Part shown: positions 35,461 through 46,161 of the stretch, one piece after another | Layout: every line of letters starts with the position of its first letter | How positions within the stretch are numbered: position 1 is the stretch's first letter | NCBI GenBank assembly: GCA_963674945.2 | Contig: CAXXWQ010000004.1 | Coordinates: forward strand, 3,072,001 to 3,136,000 | DNA length: 64,000 bases | Reading direction: 5' to 3' | Source: an uncultured Desulfosarcina sp. | Lineage (GTDB): Bacteria; Desulfobacterota; Desulfobacteria; Desulfobacterales; Desulfosarcinaceae | Notes under the pieces: generated by a model | What the model saw: only the letters and a program-made list of their open reading frames with translations | Database searches by the model: none | Told to the model about the DNA's origin: nothing | Made by a program: the position numbers and the translations under genes

Positions 35461-36858
35461 TCACTCGGAAATCAATTTTTTGATTCCTTCGATCAGTCGG
35501 GGCTCTTCGGTACTTTCATTGATGACGTCCATTCGTATGAGTTTGGGGAATTTTTCCAAAATTCCCGATGTTTTTATATACCGTTCGACTTCCGTGTTGT
35601 TCTGGGAGCGGCTGCCGTGCTCGGCAATGGTAATGCCGATGCGGCTTGCATAGTTCATCATCTCCTTTAACGCCGGAATTGCCTTTTTCCCCTGGGAGTC
35701 CCAATCGTCTCCGTCCGTGCCATGGAAAACATAGATATTGTATTCTGCAGAAAGGTTTTCCTCTTTTACGATTCGGTTGACCATCTCATAGGCGGAGTAG
35801 ACCTGGGTGCCGCCAGCGACCTTGGAATTATAGTAGGTATAAAAATCCTTGACCTCCTTGGCTTCGGTGTCGTGAAGGATAAACCGGGATTCTACCTGGT
35901 TTGCATATTGATAAAGCAGCCAACTGTAAATGAGGACATGTTGGGTGACCACCAGTTCTGTGGATTTACCCACCATGGATCCGGAGTAATCGCGGAGAAA
36001 AAAAACCACTGCCTGCGACTCGAAATCCTTTTCCTTGGATAGGATTCGATAAATCTTGTCTTTCGGTGAGATGATAAATCGGGACGGGTCAATTTCGCTG
36101 ACATCGGGAATGTTGCCGAGGTTGATGTTGGTTTCGACAATTTTTTTCAACGTCGCTTTTTTATCCAACACCTGACCAAAACCACGGTTTCTATCCGTCA
36201 TGTCATAGGTGTAACGGGTCAAAGAGCGTTTTTTGCCCTTATCCTGGAGATTGGGAAGTTCGAATTGCTCGGTAAGAATTTTTCCAAGATCGTAGGCGGA
36301 TGACTCCATCTCGTGCTGCCCGCCTTCCCCTTCGCCTGGCCCCCCCTCACCGGCTTGGTCAGGGTCTCTCACCGGCTGTTCGCCGATTACTTCTCCTTCC
36401 TCGCCATCACCGCTGCCACCCTGGCCTTGACCCTCTTCCTGTTGAGAAAAGTTGGGGTCATGGATGAATTTTTCTTCCACCGTCGTGGGAACGACAACTA
36501 CTTTTCCCTTTCCGGCCTTTCCGGGCTTGATCATCTTCCCAACCCGAATTTTCCTGGGAAAGCCGTCCTTTTCCCGCTGGCGGTCCTTTTCCAACAGTTC
36601 GTCGATGGAGCGGATACGGCTGACATAGCCGCCGTCGGGTTCACCCATGGACTGAAGGGTCATCAGGTCGTGGTAATCATACAGGTTGAGCAGGCGACAG
36701 GTGCCTTCATCGGTGGTGATGAGCGCAACATCACCATCGATGACCGGCATATCATGACCCTGCTCACAGTTGATCTCAAAGCGTATTTTCTTTTCCTGCT
36801 CCGGCGTCAGTCCTGCGGATTTCATTTTTTCATATATTTTCTTAAGATCGGTGCTCAT
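35461..36858 (-). CDS. YeaH/YhbH (DUF444) vWA-domain protein
   Basis: Gly/Glu-rich linker, LPNL..K, RDYSGSM (MIDAS), GGT..SA, YNIY.FHGTDGD.W. Confidence 0.9.
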   Translation of the reverse strand: MSTDLKKIYEKMKSAGLTPEQEKKIRFEINCEQGHDMPVIDGDVALITTDEGTCRLLNLYDYHDLMTLQSMGEPDGGYVSRIRSIDELLEKDRQREKDGFPRKIRVGKMIKPGKAGKGKVVVVPTTVEEKFIHDPNFSQQEEGQGQGGSGDGEEGEVIGEQPVRDPDQAGEGGPGEGEGGQHEMESSAYDLGKILTEQFELPNLQDKGKKRSLTRYTYDMTDRNRGFGQVLDKKATLKKIVETNINLGNIPDVSEIDPSRFIISPKDKIYRILSKEKDFESQAVVFFLRDYSGSMVGKSTELVVTQHVLIYSWLLYQYANQVESRFILHDTEAKEVKDFYTYYNSKVAGGTQVYSAYEMVNRIVKEENLSAEYNIYVFHGTDGDDWDSQGKKAIPALKEMMNYASRIGITIAEHGSRSQNNTEVERYIKTSGILEKFPKLIRMDVINESTEEPRLIEGIKKLISE

Positions 36859-36875
36859 TTTCTATCCAATTCATT

Positions 36876-38936
36876 TTAACTTTCATCCTCTTGCGTGCAG
36901 AAATATTCAATCGTTTTCTGTGCACAGGTACTGCAGTACCCCAACTTATTGAGCATGGTGTCCACCATGCGGTCGTATAATTTCTGGTTCTCCTCGTTGG
37001 TCCGATTGGCCAGGGCGCCGATGAGACTACCCGCACCGGCGATATCCGATTTCAGGCGGACGTCCGTGACAGCCTTGACCAGTTCCAGATTGTCCATGAA
37101 ATCATAGTCCGGATCCACGGAGATCTTTTGACCGTAGATTTTTCGAATGGATGTCCGAAAGGTCTCCCGTTGTTCCTCGGTCTTCAATCCCAGTCGCTCT
37201 TCGACACTCTTGATGTACCGTTCGTCGATTTTCAGGGCCCGGAGTTCTCCGGTCTGCGGGTCCTTGTACTTCCACATCTTGTCCGGCCCCAGATTTTCGG
37301 CATCGATACCGATGATCATGTTCACGTAGTTCATCACGTCTTTCCGGATGGCAAGCGGCTCGTCCATATATGCATTGAACATTTCCGTCATGATCCGTTC
37401 CCGATACAGTCCCTTTGCGGTCTTCATGTCATCGATATATTTGGCCCGGTCATTGGCATCGGTGACATAATCCAGGATGATCCGTTCCAACGCTTTGAAG
37501 ATATCGTATGCGAACATGCATCTGCCTTCGTTGGTCTCGGAGCTTTCGATGAGCAGTTGCATGGCCCGTCCAAGGTTACGCTGCCCCAGTCCCTTCTGGC
37601 CGAAGCGTTTGGTGATATCCGGGTCCTGGTTCAGGGTGTCGATGACCTCGGCCAGGGTCTTGATGCTTTTTTCACCGGCCACTTCGCCCGCCGCCAGTTT
37701 CATGGTTTCGATGGGAGTCAGTTTTTCCGAACGCGCCAGGCGGGTAAGTACTACGGCTATCGATGCCGCGTAATTCAAATTGGGATCCTGATGAAGATAT
37801 TCACGACTCAAGGTAGTGCGCGTTTCGCTCCCGATGGAATAGAGGGTCAAGTCTTTTTGAAGCTTGTAATTCGTGTTGTGGGAGACATAGCAGATGCGGC
37901 AGCGGTCGACGATGGGGGCCTCTTCCTTTTCGGCCAGGAATCGGTTGAATTCGCTGTTGTTGCTGGTGGCGATGATAAGGGTATCGATGGGCCATTTATA
38001 GCCGTCGATTTCGATGTTTCGGTTCTGGATCACACCCAGATACACCTGAACCAGATCTTTTTTGTTCTTGAAGATTTCATCGGAAAAATGAATGCCGCCA
38101 CCGGCTACGCGGGCAAGGGCACCGCGGCGCAGGTCGAAACGATAGGGATTGTTGGTCTCCGTAATGTGCAACAGCCGCTGGATGGATTCTTCCCCCAGAA
38201 GATCCACCGCAGACGAGGTGATTTTGTCTTTTGCCGGATATTTACCGGTGACGGTACCCAGGCTCTCGGTCATCGGGACGGGAAAGAGTTCGATGAACTG
38301 GAGCATTTGGGTCAAATCACCATCGACATGGGATCGGATGTCGTTCCAGATAAAAGCGCTGCAGGCGCCCAAGGGACGATAATCCTCCCAAAGCATTTCG
38401 ATCTCGTTGTCCGAGAATCCGATCTCCTTGGAGAGAAATTCACGGTTCATGTCCGGGTCGTCGGTAATGTTCATCCCCAGTATCATGGGGTCCTCATAGG
38501 TCTGGGATTCGATACTGGAGATTTTTCCGTATCCTCTGATTTGGTCCAGGCCGACGAATCGGAGGGAATATTTGCGATTGGGTTCTTTGGACAAAAAGGA
38601 TCGGTACTTATTGCAGATGTATTCAACGAGAAATGTCTTTCCGTTTCCCGGTTCCCCCACCAAGACGAATGCCATCTCCTTGGACGAACCATTTTCGGCG
38701 GCATCTTTGACATAGGAGACGAAACTGTTGATTTCATCATACATCCCGATAATGTGTTTTTTGCCCGTGCGAAAAATGCTGAAATCGTAGGTGGTTTTGC
38801 CATTTACCACGACCTTTTCGATATCGCTTTCCAGAATCATCCGCGACACGCCCTGAAAAGCATTCTCGAAGCAGCGTTTTCCCTCCTTCACTTCGATCAG
38901 GTGGTGATGAAGCGCCGATGTGTTCTTATTTCCCAT
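36876..38936 (-). CDS. prkA: PrkA/YeaG family AAA+ ATPase (serine protein kinase family)
   Basis: Walker A GEPGNGKT, FSDEIFK, LIIATSNNSE, DRC, C-terminal LGYC..CA...I.Y. First gene of the yeaG-yeaH-spoVR operon. Confidence 0.85.
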   Translation of the reverse strand: MGNKNTSALHHHLIEVKEGKRCFENAFQGVSRMILESDIEKVVVNGKTTYDFSIFRTGKKHIIGMYDEINSFVSYVKDAAENGSSKEMAFVLVGEPGNGKTFLVEYICNKYRSFLSKEPNRKYSLRFVGLDQIRGYGKISSIESQTYEDPMILGMNITDDPDMNREFLSKEIGFSDNEIEMLWEDYRPLGACSAFIWNDIRSHVDGDLTQMLQFIELFPVPMTESLGTVTGKYPAKDKITSSAVDLLGEESIQRLLHITETNNPYRFDLRRGALARVAGGGIHFSDEIFKNKKDLVQVYLGVIQNRNIEIDGYKWPIDTLIIATSNNSEFNRFLAEKEEAPIVDRCRICYVSHNTNYKLQKDLTLYSIGSETRTTLSREYLHQDPNLNYAASIAVVLTRLARSEKLTPIETMKLAAGEVAGEKSIKTLAEVIDTLNQDPDITKRFGQKGLGQRNLGRAMQLLIESSETNEGRCMFAYDIFKALERIILDYVTDANDRAKYIDDMKTAKGLYRERIMTEMFNAYMDEPLAIRKDVMNYVNMIIGIDAENLGPDKMWKYKDPQTGELRALKIDERYIKSVEERLGLKTEEQRETFRTSIRKIYGQKISVDPDYDFMDNLELVKAVTDVRLKSDIAGAGSLIGALANRTNEENQKLYDRMVDTMLNKLGYCSTCAQKTIEYFCTQEDES

Positions 38937-39606
38937 GATCCCCCCTTACATGTTGATTCGCCCGTGCTGGAGATGTCGGCACAGGATGATGACGTAACGT
39001 CTATCACTTTACACGATCACCGGTGAAGATACGATTTTATGTTGTGATCACCGAATTCGCCGCTAAGGATATTCCATAAAGGCCGTTTCAGATGGCTATT
39101 CAGCCTTTCCGGTAACAGGCTATGCAGTGGGTCGGGAACGAGGACGAAACCGAATCAACGGAAATTGCGGCAGCGTGGTCGCCGTGGTCATGGTGAATCA
39201 ATGGACACTTTTGGATTCACCGAAAGACCGTAGCAATAGCGAGAGAAATGCACGAGCGCTCAATTACAATTGTTCCGCATGCAATGTTCACAATTCCAAA
39301 CAAGTGCAATTTTTGGGGATGGCCACGTTTCCGGCGGGCAGGCCATGACCGTCGTCCATCCTTTCCGGCTCATGGGGATGAGAAATCCATCCCTTTCAGA
39401 TGAGTATAACACCTCATCGGCAAACTGCAACCCGAATTTCCCAGTGTTTCCATGAACGCGGGATGTTGAAAAAAAGCGGCGACATTTTGTATCCTTTCCT
39501 TTCCCATGACGATTATCGGATAATACTTGATTCCTACGGCCGCCTTTCCTATTATAACCGCGATTTGATCTATCGATCATCAACCGCGACAAGGGGTAAA
39601 CCGACC

Positions 39607-41304
39607 GTGCTCAGAGAGCTGTCAATTAAAAATTTTGCCATCATCGACGACCTGAATATTCGTTTCGATGAAGGATTGACCATTTTGAGTGGAGAAACCG
39701 GTGCAGGCAAGTCCATCATCGTAAATGCGGTCAACCTTTTGCTGGGTTCGAGGGCCAGTTCAAAAATGATTCGGGACGGGTGCGACGCGGCCGAACTATT
39801 CGCCTGCTTCGATGTTCCAGAAACCTCCAAGGCGGCACAGATCATGGCGGAAAGCGGACATGACCCATCACAGGGCTTTCTGGTGCGTCGCATCATCGCC
39901 GAAAATGATCGCCATCGTATCTACATCAATGACCGAATGGCCACAATGCAGACATTGGCCAACATTACCGCCGATCTTGCCAGTATTTCCGGACAACATG
40001 CCCATCAGGGATTGCTCAAGGAGGAGACCCACCTGCCCATTTTGGACCGTTACGGCAACCTACTTTCCATTGTACAAAAGGTAACCGAATCCCATGGAAA
40101 GCTGTTGCCACTGATCAAGACCCTCGATGAAAAGAAGGCAAAAAAAGAGAGCCTGGAAAAGGAGATGGATCTGCTTTTGTATCAGGCCCGGGAAATCGAT
40201 GAGGTGGATGCCGGACCGAACGAAGATGAAGCGCTAGAACAAGAGCGCATGCGGCTGAAAAATGCGGAAACGTTGAAACATTCTGTCTATTCTGCCGTCG
40301 AATCGCTCCATGGCGCCGACGGTGCCGTCATCGAGCGTTTGGGTCAGGTGCGAAAGGACATGGAAAAGGCCGCAACCATGGATAACGCACTGTCTCCCCA
40401 GGTGCAGGAGCTCTCCGATCATCTGTTTGGTCTGGAGGATATCGTCCACTCTTTGCGTGCTTATCTCGGAACACTGGAAACCGAATCGGACCGGTTGGTT
40501 TCGGTGGAGGCACGACTGGATTCGATCAATCGGCTGAAACGAAAATATGGCGGAACACTGGAAGCGATTCGGGAAAGGCGTGATGAGATACAATTACGAA
40601 TCAGCGACATCGATAACCTGGATGACGATATTGCCCTGCTTGAATCCCATGTTCGTGAAGTGTACGATGATTTGGCGGGCCGGGTCCGAAGCCTGTCACA
40701 TCGGCGAAAAGAAGTTGCTGCGGATTTTGCAGAGGCCGTAGAAAAGGAACTGGCCGGATTGAAAATGGCAGGCACCCGTTTTTGCGTTGATTTTTCGCAA
40801 TCTTCGGCTTCTTCTCGGACGAGCCCATGGTTGCGCGTGGACGGCCAGGTGCTTACCGGCACGGGCATCGACCATGCGGTGTTCATGATCGCGCCCAACG
40901 TGGGGGAATCGATGAAGGCGCTCTCCAGTATCGCCTCCGGTGGGGAACTCTCCCGGGTGGTTCTGGCCTTAAAGGCGATCCTGGCGGAAACGGATGCCGT
41001 GGGAACGATTGTATTTGACGAAGTGGACGCGGGAATCGGTGGTGCCGTTGCCGATTTGGTTGGAAAAAAGCTGGACACACTTTCCAGAAAGCACCAGTTG
41101 ATTTGCATTACCCATCTTCCACAAATCGCCCGTTTTGGTGACCATCACTACCAAATCGAAAAAAAGGTCGTGGGCGGCAGGACCACCACCACAATACGGC
41201 CGATGGATCAAGAAGAGCGCATCGAAGAGATCGCCCGTATGCTTGGAGGGGAAGAGATAACACAAACGGCGATGGAGCATGCTCGCTCATTGGTTGCGCC
41301 ATGA
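39607..41304 (+). CDS. recN: DNA repair protein RecN
   Basis: LSIKNFAII, GETGAGKS, ASGGELSR, FDEVDAGIGG, ITHLPQIA, EIARMLGG. GTG start. Confidence 0.95.
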   Translation: MLRELSIKNFAIIDDLNIRFDEGLTILSGETGAGKSIIVNAVNLLLGSRASSKMIRDGCDAAELFACFDVPETSKAAQIMAESGHDPSQGFLVRRIIAENDRHRIYINDRMATMQTLANITADLASISGQHAHQGLLKEETHLPILDRYGNLLSIVQKVTESHGKLLPLIKTLDEKKAKKESLEKEMDLLLYQAREIDEVDAGPNEDEALEQERMRLKNAETLKHSVYSAVESLHGADGAVIERLGQVRKDMEKAATMDNALSPQVQELSDHLFGLEDIVHSLRAYLGTLETESDRLVSVEARLDSINRLKRKYGGTLEAIRERRDEIQLRISDIDNLDDDIALLESHVREVYDDLAGRVRSLSHRRKEVAADFAEAVEKELAGLKMAGTRFCVDFSQSSASSRTSPWLRVDGQVLTGTGIDHAVFMIAPNVGESMKALSSIASGGELSRVVLALKAILAETDAVGTIVFDEVDAGIGGAVADLVGKKLDTLSRKHQLICITHLPQIARFGDHHYQIEKKVVGGRTTTTIRPMDQEERIEEIARMLGGEEITQTAMEHARSLVAP

Positions 41305-41374
41305 CACGGCCACCCCTTCTTGACAAACGGTAGTTGATGGTCACGTTTTTAAAAACAACGATAAGGAGAACAAG

Positions 41375-41626
41375 ATGCCGATTTACGAATTCAAATGCAT
41401 GGAATGTGATGAATACATGGAAATATTGGTGATGAACAAACAGGACGAAGTGGAAATGGTTTGTTCCAAATGCGGTTCCGGTCGACTGGAGCGTATCCTT
41501 TCCACTGCAAACCATACGGTCACCGGAACCGGAGCAGCAAAGGGAGCCGCTTCCGGCACTCGTTCCCAGACGCGAACCTGCAGTTCGGGATCTTGCACCA
41601 CATACACCATTCCTGGGCCCGCATAG
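41375..41626 (+). CDS. FmdB-type zinc-ribbon protein
   Basis: MPIYEFKC..C...CSKCGS..L.R.LS. AGGAG RBS. Confidence 0.85.
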   Translation: MPIYEFKCMECDEYMEILVMNKQDEVEMVCSKCGSGRLERILSTANHTVTGTGAAKGAASGTRSQTRTCSSGSCTTYTIPGPA

Positions 41627-41685
41627 GCATCTCTTTCACCCCGTTGTCTCGATTCTGTACGCACTCTTTGATCAAGGTCGATTTC

Positions 41686-42375
41686 ATGCAACATACCCTT
41701 CACAAGCGGGAAAAGGAACAATTCTGCAAGCTATTCCAACAGGACCGGATTTCTGATTTCGAGAATCGATTTGCCGTCATGGAGGCCTTCATGCAAACAG
41801 AAGGTCACATCTCTCCGGCACAAATGATCGAAAGACTCGAGAACGCGGGGCTTTCACTTCCTCCTGAATTTGTCCGTGACACGCTACAGTTGATGTGTCA
41901 ATATGGTTTCGCCGAAAAACGGCGATTCGAAAATGGTGAAATTTTATATGAACATCGGCATCTTGGCCAGCATCATGATCACATGATCTGCACCAAATGC
42001 AAACGGATCATGGAATTTCGGGACCAGGAGTTGGAGCGACTCCAGATCCAAGCCGCCGAACGGCACGGATTCCACCTTTTGCAGCACAAGATGGAAATGT
42101 ACGGCATTTGTTCCCAATGTATGGCCCAACGCCAGGAATTGATACCGCTGGCCGACGCACCGAAAGGGGACCGCCTGGTCATTTCGCGCATCGATGGCGG
42201 CCCCCGGATGATCGGTAGGTTGATGGCCATGGGACTTCGAATCGGCGATACGGTGGAGGTGATCACCAATTCCGGGAAAGGGCAGCTTGTCATTGGTGTC
42301 GATTACAAACGGTTGGTACTTGGTCGTGGCATGGCCCAAAAATTGATGGTTCGGTCCAGTACCAACACAGCGTGA
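41686..42375 (+). CDS. Fur-family transcriptional regulator fused to a C-terminal FeoA domain
   Basis: HHDHMICTKC and YGICSQC (Fur), then PLAD...RL.AMGLRIG...RL.LGRGMA.K (FeoA). Confidence 0.85.
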   Translation: MQHTLHKREKEQFCKLFQQDRISDFENRFAVMEAFMQTEGHISPAQMIERLENAGLSLPPEFVRDTLQLMCQYGFAEKRRFENGEILYEHRHLGQHHDHMICTKCKRIMEFRDQELERLQIQAAERHGFHLLQHKMEMYGICSQCMAQRQELIPLADAPKGDRLVISRIDGGPRMIGRLMAMGLRIGDTVEVITNSGKGQLVIGVDYKRLVLGRGMAQKLMVRSSTNTA

Positions 42376-42443
42376 GCCCATTGTTATGATATTTATGTCA
42401 AATTCATTGGATTCATGACAGATATCATGCCGGAGGCATAGAG

Positions 42444-42881
42444 ATGAAGAGAGTCCACCTCTTGGTTTTGGCCATCGTGTCTATCTTGGTTGGTGCAAAT
42501 CAGGTATTGGCGGAGCGTTTGAGCGTCACCGCCAATATTGCCAATGTTCGTGCCACTCCGAGCAGAGATGGGAAGGTCATGTGGCAGATCGAAAAATTCC
42601 ATCCACTGCAGATCATCGAGAAACAGGGGCAATGGTATCTGTTTGAGGATTTTGAAAAGGATCGCGGTTGGATATACGGTTCACTTCTGGCCGATATCCG
42701 GACCGTAATCGTAGATAAGGACAACTGCAATGTCCGTTCCGGTCCGGGAACCGATCACGAGATCCGGTTTACCGTGGATCGGGGTGTTCCTTTTCGTGTG
42801 ATGGAAGAAAAAGGCAAATGGCTGCATGTGATTCATGCCGATGGGGATCAAGGGTGGATTCATCAATCCCTGGTCTGGTGA
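42444..42881 (+). CDS. Exported tandem bacterial SH3 domain protein
   Basis: Signal peptide, two NVR..P...W...GWI repeats. Confidence 0.85.
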   Translation: MKRVHLLVLAIVSILVGANQVLAERLSVTANIANVRATPSRDGKVMWQIEKFHPLQIIEKQGQWYLFEDFEKDRGWIYGSLLADIRTVIVDKDNCNVRSGPGTDHEIRFTVDRGVPFRVMEEKGKWLHVIHADGDQGWIHQSLVW

Positions 42882-42948
42882 TGAGTTACGGTTTTTAAGC
42901 TTTGATTGGTAATGTTTCGGAAGGCGTAAGAAAGGGGAGAAAGACAAG

Positions 42949-43938
42949 TTGATCGTGAAAAATGCACACAAACGGATCGTCGGACTCGGCTCTGCGCTCG
43001 TGGATATTCTGGTTCACGAAAACGATGGGTTCATCGAAAGAATTGGCGTCGAAAAAGGGGGCATGGTCCTCGTGGAGATGTCTGAACTGGAGAAAATCAT
43101 GGGCCAGGTATCCCGACGGCCGGTCGAGGTTCCTGGAGGATCCGCCTGTAATACAGCCGTGGGTGTCGGCATGTTGGGCGGGCAGGCGCGATTCGTCGGA
43201 AAACGCGGAGAAGACGAGGTTGGGCTGTTTTTTGAAAACTCCCTGTCCCAGCGGCAAGTGGAACCCATCTTGACGACGTCGTCTTTGGCCACCGGCCGTG
43301 TGCTTTCCATCATCACCCCCGATGCGCAGCGAACCATGCTCACCTATTTGGGTGCCTCGGCAGATATCGGTCCGGATGAAATTACCGTAAAATGCTTTTC
43401 CGACAGCGCCGTTGTTCACATCGAGGGCTATCTGTTGTTCAATTCCGATGTGATGATGGCGGCGTTGAAAGCCGCAAAGGAAGCGGGGTGCATGATTTCT
43501 TTGGATTTGGCGAGCTTTACCGTGGTCGAACAGTCCAAAGCCATCCTCGATGAGATCATCGAACAATACGTGGATATCCTGATCGCCAATGAGGACGAAG
43601 CATTGGCATATACCGGCCACTCTGACGAAGAACGGTCCCTCGCCAGATTGGCGCGGGATGTGGACATTGCCGCTCTCAAAGTCGGTGGCAGGGGGAGTTA
43701 CATTCGGCACCAAGACCGGATTTACCGGATTCCCGCCCAGGGTGGTGGAACTGCTGTTGACACGACCGGTGCCGGAGATCTGTGGGCATCGGGCTTGCTC
43801 TATGGGCTGGTTAACGGGTATGATCTTGAAGCAAGTGGAAGGCTTGCCTCTGCATGCGGTTATGAAGTATGTCAGGTGATTGGCGCACACATCCCCGAAG
43901 ATGGGTGGCAGCGGATTCACAAAGCAATGGAGGAATGA
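42949..43938 (+). CDS. PfkB family carbohydrate kinase (adenosine kinase-like)
   Basis: GGSACNT, RTMLTYLGA, ANEDEA, VDTTGAGD. Confidence 0.9.
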   Translation: MIVKNAHKRIVGLGSALVDILVHENDGFIERIGVEKGGMVLVEMSELEKIMGQVSRRPVEVPGGSACNTAVGVGMLGGQARFVGKRGEDEVGLFFENSLSQRQVEPILTTSSLATGRVLSIITPDAQRTMLTYLGASADIGPDEITVKCFSDSAVVHIEGYLLFNSDVMMAALKAAKEAGCMISLDLASFTVVEQSKAILDEIIEQYVDILIANEDEALAYTGHSDEERSLARLARDVDIAALKVGGRGSYIRHQDRIYRIPAQGGGTAVDTTGAGDLWASGLLYGLVNGYDLEASGRLASACGYEVCQVIGAHIPEDGWQRIHKAMEE

Positions 43939-44624
43939 TGGCCAAGGCAGCAAAGACCCGAAAACAGCTCCTTAAGGAACCGGATCAGTTCATCACCTTT
44001 TCGGCAAGACTCATCGACTTCGGTCGGTCGCATTTGAAATCGATCCTCATTGCCACGGGTATCGTGGCGGCCGTTTTGTTGATCCTGATTACGGTGCGTC
44101 AGGTGTCAATCCGAAACGAAAACCGTGCCTCCGAACAGATCGAAAAAGTGATGGCCAAGTACGATGATGCGTTGCATGAGACGGACGCCAAAGGCGCCTA
44201 TGATCGGACAAAGGGCGATTTTGTGAGCGTTTTCGATCAGTATCCGTCAAAAAAAGCGGTGCGTCTTGCCCGAATCGTATACGGTGACATGAGCCTTGAT
44301 GCCGGGGATGTCGATACCGCCATATCCATGTATGCCCAAGCGCTGAAAGACTTTGACCAAACGCCTTCAATCAAAAATATCGTTTTAAGCGGATTGGGGT
44401 ACGCCCATTTGCAGAAAAAGGAGTATCCGCAGGCCATGGAATATTTCGAATCCGTCGCAAATGGAAATGACGGGTCCATGAAAAGCGGGGCCCTTTTCAA
44501 CTTGGCCTGGCTTTACGAAGCCGCCGGTGACAAAGAGAAAAGCCATGCTACCTACGAAAAATTGCTGGCGGAATTTCCCGATACCACCTACGGCGAACTG
44601 GTGAAGAAAAAACTGAACCGATAA
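43938..44624 (+). CDS. Membrane-anchored TPR protein (YfgM-like)
   Basis: N-terminal RK.LLKEPD.F, single TM helix, TPR helices. Confidence 0.75.
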   Translation: MAKAAKTRKQLLKEPDQFITFSARLIDFGRSHLKSILIATGIVAAVLLILITVRQVSIRNENRASEQIEKVMAKYDDALHETDAKGAYDRTKGDFVSVFDQYPSKKAVRLARIVYGDMSLDAGDVDTAISMYAQALKDFDQTPSIKNIVLSGLGYAHLQKKEYPQAMEYFESVANGNDGSMKSGALFNLAWLYEAAGDKEKSHATYEKLLAEFPDTTYGELVKKKLNR

Positions 44625-44772
44625 CGTTCACACGGAGCACTAGGCGTCTGAGGAACGATTCAATAAAAGACTTTTCTTTAAAAAGCTTTTCCCCTTTCAG
44701 ATAATCGGAAAAATGGGAAAATGCGCTCATTACGATACGGTCGTTTGGCCATACTCGGCCTGGAAAAGCTTT

Positions 44773-46161
44773 TTAGGATGATGATTCTTCCTTGTTGAAT
44801 AGACTGTACTTTTTTATTTTTTGATTCAGACCGCTTTTACCGATACCCAGCAGATTTGCGGCATGGGCTTGCACGTAGTTCGTTTTCTTTAACGCCCGCT
44901 GGATCATGTTTTTTTCCACCAGGGCCAATGTATCGTACAAATTGGCATCCGCCGGTATGCCCTCCATATAACGTGTGCCGTGGGCGCTGCCGACAAAATC
45001 CTTTGGCAGATCGGAGACCTGAATAATCTCCTCCGGTGTCATCACCACTGCCCGTTCGATCACATTCTCCAGTTCCCGAACGTTGCCGGGCCAATCATAT
45101 TCGAAAAAGAGCCGCTCCACTTCCCGATCGATACCCGTCACCGGCGCTCCTGTGTGGCGCTCTTTGTTGTATTTGGCGATAAAATGTTCGGCAAGCGGCC
45201 GGATATCTTCCAACCGTCTATGAAGTGGTGGAAGGGTGATGGGGACCACATTGAGTCGATAGTATAAATCTTCCCGAAAGTTCCCCCTGGCAACCTCTTT
45301 CTTTAACGATTTATTTGTCGCGGCAATCAGGCGTATATTCACGGCAATGGGGCGAACGCCGCCAACCCGCTCGATTACCCTTTCCTGAAGGACACGAAGC
45401 AGCTTGACCTGAAGGCCCGGGGAGAGTTCACCGATTTCATCCAGAAAAAGGGTTCCACCATCGGCAATTTCAAATCGTCCTTTCTTTCTTGAAACTGCAC
45501 CGGTAAAGGCTCCTTTTTCATGACCGAATAGTTCGCTTTCCAAGAGTGATTCGGCCAAGGCCGAACAATTGACCGCCACGAAAGGTTTATCCTTTCGAAA
45601 ACTATTGAAATGAAGGGCATTGGCCACCAATTCCTTTCCCGTTCCACTGGCACCTTCAATAAGGACTGTCGCTGTTGCCGGTGCGACTTTCCGAATGATG
45701 TCAAAGACATCTTGCATGGCTTTGCTTTTTCCGATGATATTGTGGAAGCGATAGCGATCTTGTACGGCGCTGCGCAGTTGTCTGTTTTCCTTTACCACGC
45801 GATACATGGAGATTGCTTTGTTCACATAGAGAACGAGCCTTTCGTTATCGAAAGGTTTTAATATATAGCTATAAGCGCCTTTTTGCATCGCTTCCACGGC
45901 CTTTTCCACCGTGCCATAGGCGGTCATCATGATCACCGGAAGGTCGGCGTCTTCCTTTTTCACCTGTTCGAGAAGCTCGATGCCGTCCATGACCGGCATC
46001 TTCATGTCTGTCAGTACCAGATCCACATCGGATTCGGACAGAATTTCCATTGCCTCTGGACCGCTGTTTGCAGTGATCGTCTCATATCCCTCGTCCTCCA
46101 ATACCGCCGAGAGAATCAATGTATAATTTTTCTCATCATCAACAATGAGAATGGTTTCCAT
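44773..46161 (-). CDS. sigma54-dependent response regulator (NtrC/AtoC family)
   Basis: Receiver ILIVDDE...[30 protein letters not shown], Fis-type HTH. Start METIL. Confidence 0.92.
   Translation of the reverse strand: METILIVDDEKNYTLILSAVLEDEGYETITANSGPEAMEILSESDVDLVLTDMKMPVMDGIELLEQVKKEDADLPVIMMTAYGTVEKAVEAMQKGAYSYILKPFDNERLVLYVNKAISMYRVVKENRQLRSAVQDRYRFHNIIGKSKAMQDVFDIIRKVAPATATVLIEGASGTGKELVANALHFNSFRKDKPFVAVNCSALAESLLESELFGHEKGAFTGAVSRKKGRFEIADGGTLFLDEIGELSPGLQVKLLRVLQERVIERVGGVRPIAVNIRLIAATNKSLKKEVARGNFREDLYYRLNVVPITLPPLHRRLEDIRPLAEHFIAKYNKERHTGAPVTGIDREVERLFFEYDWPGNVRELENVIERAVVMTPEEIIQVSDLPKDFVGSAHGTRYMEGIPADANLYDTLALVEKNMIQRALKKTNYVQAHAANLLGIGKSGLNQKIKKYSLFNKEESSS

Noticed and set aside
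37128..39026. 632-aa plus-strand ORF
   Set aside because: Antisense shadow of prkA with no recognisable motifs. The same applies to 4962-6059, 11430-12389, 42895-43953 and 56368-57570.
38937..39606. Long prkA-recN intergenic region as a possible riboswitch or ncRNA
   Set aside because: No recognisable riboswitch consensus or strong structure by eye. An Rfam scan would be needed.
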